Virus record (IMG/VR): IMGVR_UViG_3300029288_000110
Location: 37,759-101,758 of that record
Length of the DNA: 64,000 nucleotides
DNA from: a virus
Lineage: Duplodnaviria; Caudoviricetes
Reading direction: 5' to 3' (one strand)
Shown one piece after another: positions 17,976 to 26,800 of the stretch. The notes under the pieces were generated by a model. The model had not been told where the DNA came from and searched no databases. It saw only the letters and a program-made list of their open reading frames with translations. Positions within the stretch are counted from its first letter, which is position 1; each line of letters opens with the position of its first letter. The translations under genes were made by a program, and so were the position numbers.

Positions 17976-18050
17976 TGGTAGCGGGGGGAGGACTCGAACC
18001 TCCGACCTCCTGGTTATGGGCCAAGCGAGCTGCCTCTGCTCTACCCCGCA
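17976..18050 (-). tRNA. tRNA-Met(CAT), initiator-like
   Basis: TGCGGGG...CCCCGCT-ACCA with 1:72 mismatch; CAT anticodon; encoded CCA. Confidence 0.9.
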
Positions 18051-18090
18051 ATACTTAATTCACCAATAAGTATTTATCGCAACGGTAGAT

Positions 18091-18120
18091 ATGATATTAC
18101 AGGTAATAGTACGTTGTCAA
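18091..18120 (-). promoter_or_regulatory. sigma70 promoter with operator
   Basis: TTGACA-18-TATCAT; inverted repeat TATTAC-AG-GTAATA. Confidence 0.65.
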
Positions 18121-18151
18121 GTGGGCAGTGGCACTTTTAAGAAAATATATT

Positions 18152-18415
18152 TCAAGCCGGGGATGGCTCGCCATTAGGGCAGCTCACAACCAGGCTGCCT
18201 TCTTTGATTGATAATTCGCATACCTGGCTACCTTTCATCGCCGTTGGGACTTTACCCAGGCCCATTTTCTCGATATAGGGGAAACCTTCCTTTGTCTCCA
18301 CATCGATTACTTTGACATCTTTGACGTTTATCCTCCCTTCCTTCACGAGCTTTTTCACGTTCTGGCAGGGGGGGCAGGAACCGGCGACGTAGAGGGTAAT
18401 GCTATCTTCAGCCAT
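18152..18415 (-). CDS. glutaredoxin/thioredoxin-fold protein
   Basis: CPPC active site and KVPT cis-Pro motif. Confidence 0.85.
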   Translation of the reverse strand: MAEDSITLYVAGSCPPCQNVKKLVKEGRINVKDVKVIDVETKEGFPYIEKMGLGKVPTAMKGSQVCELSIKEGSLVVSCPNGEPSPA

Positions 18416-18431
18416 TTGATTCTCCTTATAG

Positions 18432-18464
18432 AAAAGGGCGGGGTAGTTAACCCCCGCCCCTTTT
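18432..18464. terminator. intrinsic terminator (possibly bidirectional)
   Basis: AAAAGGGCGGGG...CCCCGCCCCTTTT. Confidence 0.7.
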
Positions 18465-18487
18465 AGTTCCGGGAATGTGGCTTGCGC

Positions 18488-18577
18488 TTAGTGCTTGCGC
18501 TTCCGGCTTTTCTTAGCCCTTCCCCGCTTGGGGCAGAGCAGGATACAGCCGGTGATTTTCACGTTACGAGCTCTCAT
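18488..18577 (-). CDS. 29-aa highly basic Cys-containing peptide
   Basis: GGAGGTG RBS; MRARNVKITGCILLCPKRGRAKKSRKRKH. Confidence 0.6.
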   Translation of the reverse strand: MRARNVKITGCILLCPKRGRAKKSRKRKH

Positions 18578-18647
18578 GGTCTTCACCTCCGTGCTGGTAG
18601 CTATGAGTAGAGAAAAATTTCTACTAAAGCCTTTGCCCTTATTGGCC

Positions 18648-19016
18648 TTACTTGGACCTGCTGGGCTTTTCAACCTTCGTGTTTATTTTAGAACTGGAAG
18701 GTGGGTTTGTCAAGTAGGTATTCCATTCGCCGCAACCACGGCATTTGACATTGATGGCGCCGTCGGTAACGGCGGCGAGATAAAGAAATCGCCCGCAGTT
18801 ATCGCATCTGACCTCAGTGGCCGTAAGAACGCCCGTATCCTGGGTGAAATTGAATTTAAGGTTTGTGGTCTTACATGAGTGACATTTTATACTGATGAGG
18901 CCATTGGTAATGCGGGCATAACCGATGAATTTGTTGCAATCTTCCGCTGAACAATGAAGCTCTTCCATTCCTTTCGTTTCAGGAACGGTGGCCTTACTCT
19001 GGGCCTTGGTCGTCAT
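18648..19016 (-). CDS. tandem Mu Com-like Zn-ribbon regulator
   Basis: Two C..C...IKC..C...N units. Confidence 0.75.
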   Translation of the reverse strand: MTTKAQSKATVPETKGMEELHCSAEDCNKFIGYARITNGLISIKCHSCKTTNLKFNFTQDTGVLTATEVRCDNCGRFLYLAAVTDGAINVKCRGCGEWNTYLTNPPSSSKINTKVEKPSRSK

Positions 19017-19030
19017 GGCTTTCGCCTCCT

Positions 19031-19312
19031 TTAAATTTCCATACCGGCGCCGCCAGCTATTTCATAACCGTCAGGTATCTGGGGCGGTCCGTCGTCCGGG
19101 TCGTAATATACGTGCTTCGACCGGGCGGCCTTCGGTGCTTTTGGGGGTTTGGGCAAGGCACACTGGCGTTTCGCTTCCTCGATGGTAGAGGCTTTGCCCG
19201 AGCAGAGCTTGGCGCCCTCACAAAATTTTTCCTTGCGCTCTTCCTTGGGAATGCCCTTCGGTATGGCCCTCATCTTCCCGACCATACAGGTTTTATATGA
19301 TGATTTACTCAT
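19031..19312 (-). CDS. small basic Cys-containing protein
   Basis: K-rich; four spaced Cys. Confidence 0.7.
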   Translation of the reverse strand: MSKSSYKTCMVGKMRAIPKGIPKEERKEKFCEGAKLCSGKASTIEEAKRQCALPKPPKAPKAARSKHVYYDPDDGPPQIPDGYEIAGGAGMEI

Positions 19313-19760
19313 GGCTAATCTCCTTCACAAGTATTTTTTGATTAAATTTCTTTTCAAAAGCCCAATCCTTTTTATCATATGGTCGTTTGGGTCCTCTTGC
19401 CCTATTTTTGTATCTCATTCGATATTCACAGTAATCAATAGCTATTTTAGCCTTTTCCCTTTTTATAATTAGCCAGGGAGATATTGCTTTTAAGAATTCA
19501 TAAACTTTGATTATGCCATATACTTGCCATTGATAGGCTCGCTTTACTCTGGTTGGGCCCCTTTTTTCTATGATTGAACCACCTACTAAATTAGTTATTT
19601 GATGTAAAAATTCAAGATTTGTATTGGTGATTCCTACTCTTAAAGCCAGATATTTATGACCAGTTTTAAACAAAGAAATGTGACCTTCAGTATCCAACGC
19701 ACAGGCAAGCCAACATGCTTCAATGGGTGTGAGAATCATTAGTTTAAAAGTAGTATCCAT
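19305..19760 (-). CDS. free-standing LAGLIDADG homing endonuclease
   Basis: WLACALDTEGHI, ITNTN, PWLIIKREKA. Confidence 0.85.
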   Translation of the reverse strand: MDTTFKLMILTPIEACWLACALDTEGHISLFKTGHKYLALRVGITNTNLEFLHQITNLVGGSIIEKRGPTRVKRAYQWQVYGIIKVYEFLKAISPWLIIKREKAKIAIDYCEYRMRYKNRARGPKRPYDKKDWAFEKKFNQKILVKEISHE

Positions 19761-19771
19761 AAAACACTTTC

Positions 19772-19963
19772 TTAATAAACGCTTGCGTTACAAATTGCCC
19801 ACGGATTGACTTTCTTTTTATTTCTCCCGAGTTTATTCTGGCACTTCACTGCGAGGATACACCGCTCTTTCCGGGCCTTGATTCCCTGTCCCTTGGGGAG
19901 GGGCTTGCCTTTATTCATCTTTATCATGCAGGTATTTAATTCTTTTTGCCTTTTCGTAACCAT
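19772..19963 (-). CDS. small basic Cys-containing protein
   Basis: GAGGTG RBS; K/R-rich; VNPWAICNASV tail. Confidence 0.7.
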   Translation of the reverse strand: MVTKRQKELNTCMIKMNKGKPLPKGQGIKARKERCILAVKCQNKLGRNKKKVNPWAICNASVY

Positions 19964-19967
19964 AGTC

Positions 19968-20093
19968 TCACCTCTTCTTCTTGAAGATAAATATGAGGAT
20001 AGCAAATGCGGGTATGCTTATCATCGCAGCTAAACCCAATGCGTTACCGACTTTCTCTTCAGCTGACTGCTTTCTGTGTATTCTTATAGCCAT
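19968..20093 (-). CDS. 41-aa single-TM peptide
   Basis: Hand translation; hydrophobic stretch followed by KKKR. Confidence 0.55.
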   Translation of the reverse strand: MAIRIHRKQSAEEKVGNALGLAAMISIPAFAILIFIFKKKR

Positions 20094-20094
20094 A

Positions 20095-20409
20095 TTACTT
20101 CATTAAGCCAGCTAATGTCCTAGCGGCCTGCGCTACCTCATCTTCACCCTGAGACAATAGGTATTCTTCCCGGGGAGATAAGCGTTTGAGAAGGGCTTGA
20201 AATTCACCGACGTGGACTATCTCTTCGTCAGCGATGGAGCGGAGCACTTTCCGGGCCAGGGGGTCATCGGTCGCCTCCGCATGGGCGGTATAAAGGTGTG
20301 TGGCATCTTCCTCGGCAGCCAGGTCAAGGCGGAGAGCCCGCAAGAGCTGCTCTCGATTCATTTTCTTACCCGGGACCATACCGGGGAAGGGATTAGTAAA
20401 TTCAGGCAT
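20095..20409 (-). CDS. short ferritin-like/rubrerythrin-family di-iron protein
   Basis: AAEEDATHLY...IADEEIVHVGEF (ExxH ligands). Confidence 0.85.
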   Translation of the reverse strand: MPEFTNPFPGMVPGKKMNREQLLRALRLDLAAEEDATHLYTAHAEATDDPLARKVLRSIADEEIVHVGEFQALLKRLSPREEYLLSQGEDEVAQAARTLAGLMK

Positions 20410-20416
20410 TGGTCTC

Positions 20417-20785
20417 CTATTTCCCTCCAACTGTATCACATCGGGGCAAATGTCTCAATACCAAATAACCGCCAAACTCATCGGCGCAAATAAGGCGTGG
20501 ATTGTTTCCGAGTTCCACTTCGGCAAGAGACTCTTCCCCGGTGTCTCCCTCGGACAAATAAATTTTCGCATCCCTCTTTGATTTTGTTACCCAAACGACA
20601 TCATCATGTGAGAAATCCTCCAGCGACTTCAAGTCTTTTGGGGAAACTTTCATCTCATTGCCCAGCTCGTCTCTTTCATAGCGCACGATATCCGCTGCGG
20701 TCGTTTTACTCGGTGCCGGGTCACCGTAGTCAACCCTCCACCCCTTTCCCTTAAAAGGAGTGCCGATTTTGCTCTGGTCCGCCAT
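20417..20785 (-). CDS. hypothetical protein
   Basis: 122-aa ORF in operon. Confidence 0.65.
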   Translation of the reverse strand: MADQSKIGTPFKGKGWRVDYGDPAPSKTTAADIVRYERDELGNEMKVSPKDLKSLEDFSHDDVVWVTKSKRDAKIYLSEGDTGEESLAEVELGNNPRLICADEFGGYLVLRHLPRCDTVGGK

Positions 20786-20828
20786 GAGCTTCTTTTACCG
20801 GGTGATTTCTTTTAAAGTGCATTTCATC

Positions 20829-23800
20829 CTATGTCTTCACTTTCTTGGCGGAGCAAACTAGCTCATCCCATTCTTTAGTGGTATTGGGATAGACTGGTGT
20901 TAGAAAAGCATTATTTGCTACTCCCTCGACCTCTGCTCCCTCGACCTCTGCGTACATCTTTGCATGAGCGATGGCCTTGGGAACGCACGTGGGGGGCAAG
21001 AGAGGTATTTTATCGATAGAGGAGAGGAATATTGCCGCCTGGCGGATGCGGGAGGCGTCAGTGTCTCTCAGTCCATTTTTGTCACCCTTACGGTTTATAC
21101 CACAGCTCATATCGAAACCATTATCTTCACAATCAAAATCCCAAGAGGTGAGGGTCTTCTTAGCTCCTTTCAGAGTCTTTGACCAGTTGCCATGTTCCTT
21201 GGGCAGATAGTGGAGCCGGACAGCTGTTACGCCGGCGGTGATATCACTGATGATTTTTATCGTCTGGGCATCTGTTTTATGTTCAACCACAGTGCCGTAG
21301 GCTTTGATGTTGGCATCTGCCCTCTCGCCTGCCGGGGCCTTCACGCCTTGGCAGTATGCTACCGTGGCGCCGTTGAGCGCCGTGAGCTTTGTCTTTACCT
21401 TACATCCCCCGATGCTATCCCCGATGCCAAGTATCTTGAAGGCGCCGACGAGCTCTTCGATGGTAGGCTGCGTTGTTTTTGATTCTTTCTTAGGCTCCGT
21501 TTTCTTTAAGCGCCAGCCCTTGGTATCAGAGTCAGAATCGATTACTCCGGCGGCTACCAAGTCTTGAAGGACTGGGATGATAGCGTCATCCTGCGGAACC
21601 TCATAGCCCTTATCGTGTATAGATTTCTTCACGCCATGGAGGGTTATCCAGGCATATCCTGGTTCCTCTGTAAATATCTGCGTGATGACGGACTTCAACT
21701 CTTTCGTACTCTTAATCTTTTTCCCCGGCGGTATGCCAGTTTTTTCCGCTTCGATGAGCTCCTGAGCATATTGGGAAAGCCAGGTTATATTGGGAAGACC
21801 GTCAGGATTTATCACATATATTGATTCGATGTCGGAGATTATCTCATATCCAGTTTTACTGCCGACCTGGGAGTAGACGTATTTAGCTATTTCCTCCTGC
21901 TCTTTAAGTGTGAGGTTTTGCCAGAGTTTGAGCTTCGGAGCTATATCAACGCACTGTTTTTCGTAAATATTCGTGAGGATGCCCTTCGTCATGGTCCCAA
22001 ATTCGACATGGGGATGTGTTTTGGCAAACCAGTCGAATATCTCAACTAAGGAATTTCCCTGCTTTTTCATCATACACACCATGCCGAGGATGGATGATTG
22101 AACTGGGTCGGGAAGGGAAGAGAAGGGGATTTGTTTCACCTCTCCCGCTACCGGCTGGTAAGGATTCCACTGATAGGTTTTCTTCTCTGTCGCATAAACG
22201 ATGACGTGGCCGGATTTAACCAGTTCGGTCAGTATTTCATCTACTTCAGCCTCTGTAATATCAACCCCTTTGGTATTCAAAATGGTAATATAAGCCATTG
22301 CGGCGGTGAAGGCTACTTCGGGATTGTTCTTAAGCAGTTCCATCAGGTAATGTGAGAGGGAGAAATCATCCTTCTTGGCGCCTCCCCAGGAAGATTCGGC
22401 GATTATCTTCTTTGCCTTTGCAGGTTTCTTCTTGGCATATGCCTTATTAATTAAGTCATTTAACGTGGGATTGTCTGGTGCAAGGTTATACGCTTCCTCA
22501 AGGTATATGAGAAGTTCCTGTTTGGTCGTGCCAACACTTACCGCCTTCGCAATATCCGCATCGACCTGGGGTTCGTCTTCACTGGAAAGGTCGGAATAGT
22601 CAATGAGACCTTCTGAGATATCAGAATCAACCTGCTCCTCCTCTTCCTCTTGGAAAGTCTTAGGCTTCTCGGACAGCCCGACAACGAGATTCATGAGGGC
22701 ATCATCAATGGCGAGTTCATCCGTATCGTTGAGATATTTGAGCACTTCGGCCTCAGAGGCGCCGCCGGCCAGGGACGTGGCTATGTCCTTCTTTATCTGC
22801 TCCAGCTGGTCCGGTGAAAATGTTGTAATGCTAGTTTTATCGGATTCCTCAGACCCTGCTTCTTTGACGTAGTATTTATCTTTTATAAGCCCAAGCTGAC
22901 CTTCCTTCAGAAGGAAATCCATAGCGGTCTTTATTCCATTCAGACTCACATCCCAGCCCTTTGCGGCTTCGTTATACATTTCCTCCACTGTCCAGCCGCT
23001 GTGGTCTCCGGTTGCGAAGGTGTTCATTATGAACTGTTCTATCTCAAGCGCAGAGGGAACGTGCATCTCCTTCTTCTTACCCTTGGCTTTAAGAGGTTTG
23101 GCGGGTGATAACATCGTAAAGAGCATCCCGGTTTCATCCGTCACGACTTCACCTTGTGCCTGGAGCTTTTTTAAAGCCGCCAGTACTTCTTTGTGTGATG
23201 GCTCTCCCCAATTGGAAAGTTTTTTATCCTGCATCCAGAGGTCGATAACCGCATAGGGTGAGAGCGCTTCATCCAGATTTTTTCCCATCAGCTTCTTAAC
23301 GCCTTCGGCTATGATTTGAGAATCATCTTTTGGCTCTTCTTCAATCTCCTCTTCCTCTTCTTCAGATGATTCGCCATCGTACTCTTCGGATTTTTGAGTT
23401 ATAAAATCGATGAGGGCTTGTGTTTCAATTAGCCCGTATTTCTTTTTAATCCTATTGGCTGTGTTTTCCACATCCCAACCCTCTTCAATGTCCGAGATAA
23501 TGGAATCCTGAACTTCACTAAGTTCTGCCCCCTTCAAGTTTTGGAAGAATTTTGCAGGCTTTTCGCCCTTTTCTTCCGGCAACTCACCCTTGCGTATCTT
23601 ATTCTTCTTCTCAATTTCCAGTTGGAGCTTAACCTGGAGTGGTGTGAGGTTGGGGAAGGTTTTAATGACTACCTCTGTGACCGTATTCAGCGTATCGTTA
23701 AAACTCTTTCCATTCTGGTGGTCATTGAGCAACTGGAGGTTCATGTTAGCATGAATGAGGTCTTTGCATTTCTGCGGCAGGTTCTTATAAGCCTTAGCTG

Positions 23801-26800
23801 CCTTGCATTTACTTAACAGTTCTTTATCATGCTGAACCTCATCTCCGAGATTATAATAAAGAGTCTTTTGTTCTAAAATCAGCTGACTTATATCGGTGCT
23901 GGGTTGCTCTTTAATTCCAAATATAGCCATACCCTGGGATTCGATTAAGCCTTCATTCTTGAGCTGGTCAATGGCCCATGACACCGTTCCCTCCGTCCCT
24001 ACAACTCCCTTCGGTAGGGTATAATTAACCTCAAGAGCTTTAAACAGACCGGTTATATCCGTCGGTCCTGATTGTTTGAATATAGAATAAATCTCATTCT
24101 TCAGGGCTTGCGGAGATAGCGAAGGCTTCTCCTCCACCTCCAGTTCGTGTGTCTTCAGGTCTGGATGTAGGGCGTAGCACTCTCCCAATTCCGCAGTTGA
24201 ATGAATGAATTCCAGATAGTGCTCGGTATGTAGCTGGTCAATGGCCAAAGTCACATCCGCAAAGTCAACGGAGTAATCTGAAACGAGATGGTCGTAAAAT
24301 CCCTTCTCGCAGATTTCCTCATCCTCATTAGATGTAAGGGTGTTCTTTATCAGTTCCTTTATATTAGCTACGGTGAGTTTGTCTGACGCCCTTTTCTTTT
24401 TCTTCATATGGGCGTCTTTTACTACCTGGGCCAACATGGGGGAATCGATAAGACCGAAATGCTCCATTACATCTGCTAATATGAGTACGTCATTTTCATG
24501 GGCATCAATGAAGTCATGTACTGCCTGTTTCTCATCCGGGCTGAGGTCCCCGTATTTTTTACTCACGACCTGGCCGGATTCCGCCGGCAGGTATCCCTTA
24601 CGAATGAGTCTCTTCTTCTCAATTTCTGTCTGGAGTTTGACCATCAGGGGGGTGATGGGTATGAGCGGCTGAGCTTTTGTTATGAAGAATTGGAGCTCCT
24701 CTAATGTTTTATCGAATGATTGCCCCGTTATCTCTCCATCGAGGAGGTATTGCTCCATAAGGGCGTGGAGATAAGCCTTACCCTTTTGGGGCAGCTTCTT
24801 ATATTCCTTCGTAGAGTTCAGCTTTTCTATTTCGGATTTGCTCATGCTCGTATAGAGCTCCTGGGCCTTTTCAGCGGCTTTGAACTGCAAATCTTTAATA
24901 TCGGATTTGGCTTTTGTTCCGGCCTTAACTAATATTTTCTCTTTCCATTCTTTGTAGCACTTTGCCCAGAGCTGTTTCAGATTACTTCCACTGATTCCAT
25001 ATTCATTGGCCTGTGAGGCTATCCAGTCAGCTGATGGGTAGAGCTCCATAAGACCGGCGGCTTTATCCACATTTGAGGAAGCGAGGAGAGCGACTTCATG
25101 GGCAAAACAATGAGCGATATCCGACCCTTTGAGAACCGCATGGAGATTCTTCATATTATATTTCCACGGATGCGCAACCATATCCGCCTCTTCAATCTCT
25201 CCGGCGTCTTTCTCCTCGGCGGTTGCGGCCTGTACTTCCTGCACGCATTCGTTCCAAATCATCTTCAGTTTATCAACGGTCATATTATGCGCAGATAGCC
25301 ATTCGTTATTTGCAACGAAATAATCCGTAAGTACTAAATTGCCATAGCCAGTCAGTTGGGCAATCTTTTCTTTAAAGCATTTGTGATAAGGCTCTATGCC
25401 GGGTACTTTTTGTTGAATTTTGCTGTAATTCCATGGAGCCGCCAAAATATCATCTAGAGATGGATGAGTAATCCCAGTCGTGGGCATAGTCTCTTTTTCA
25501 TACCACCAAAGGTTAGGGACTTCGTGAACATCATGTTTGATTTTTCCTTCAGTTACGAGCTTCTTCAGTACGGAGTAAGCAGTGTTCTTATATCCCGCTG
25601 CGGAGATATATTTCTGTATTTCGTCGGTTGTAATTTTCTTCACATTGGGTTGTCCCAATAAAGCCAGGACAAATTCATCTACGGTAAGAATTTTGTCTTC
25701 TGGTTTACTCGGTACGCCGCAGACTTCATCATTCCATTCGGTTACTGTGGCTGGATAGATGGGAGATATCTGCATCGTTTTAGCTTGTTTCCATGCGACC
25801 TCAACAGCTTTCTCCTGGCAATCCTTTGGGAGTTTGTGAACATTAGCCAGTCGAGAGAGGAAAAGCGCTGCCTTAGGAATGCTACCACTGTATTTATTAT
25901 AATGCTTCTCGAATGTATAATGCCCAGAGGATAAAAGTTTAAATCCACACCCGCTAGAGGGCGAATACTCCGAATTCGTTAGGTGTGTAATCACATTAGG
26001 TAGCTCGGCAATTTCTTCAGGTATGGTGATAGTAAGGTTAAAGCCCTTAGAACTGAAGACAACATTACCATTTCCAAATATTGAATGCCAGTTATCAATC
26101 CAACCGAGCTGAGCAACATGAGGATATGTTTTTTCCTTCGTTTCCGTAAGTATACCAGCGCAGTAAGCTGCTTTTGCCTGTGATAGCGGTTTACTGTTTA
26201 TCTTTACGCATCCCCCTATGGTGAGGGGAAGTAGGCCTTTTGTATTCAGGAGCGTATTGATATAACTACTAGAAATAACCTTTTCTTTAGTCACTATTGG
26301 CTCGGTACTTGGTTTGTCTACAGATGGCGGTGTGGGCATAATCTGCCCGGGTATTTTGCTACAAACAACCTTCGTCCAGTCGGCGGTCTCAAAGGGGTAG
26401 ACGATGGAATCATGCGCCGTCTTACCCTTGGGTAGCTTCATGGCCTCATTGAGGGCGTATTGAACAGATGGAGCCACGCAATTGTCCGGGAGCTTGTAAA
26501 CCTGATGCAGGCTGGAAAGGAACCCGGCCAGTATGCGCAGCTGGTCATCCGAGAGGGACTGGGAGGTGACGCAATTCCCTTGCTGTTGGCAGGTGAATTT
26601 CCAATTTGTTTTCATCACCTTCTTGGCTTCTGCCCGGAGCTTTTCGCCCTTCATGTCGATATTCTTTACCTCTACCTGCCAGAGTTTTCCGTCGGGTGTG
26701 ATAGAGATATCGGCAATTTCATCTTTTGCGGCATTGTCGCCATGGAAGACGTGATGGAGTTCACCATCGGATGTGAAGTAGGCGGATATATTAGCGGACG

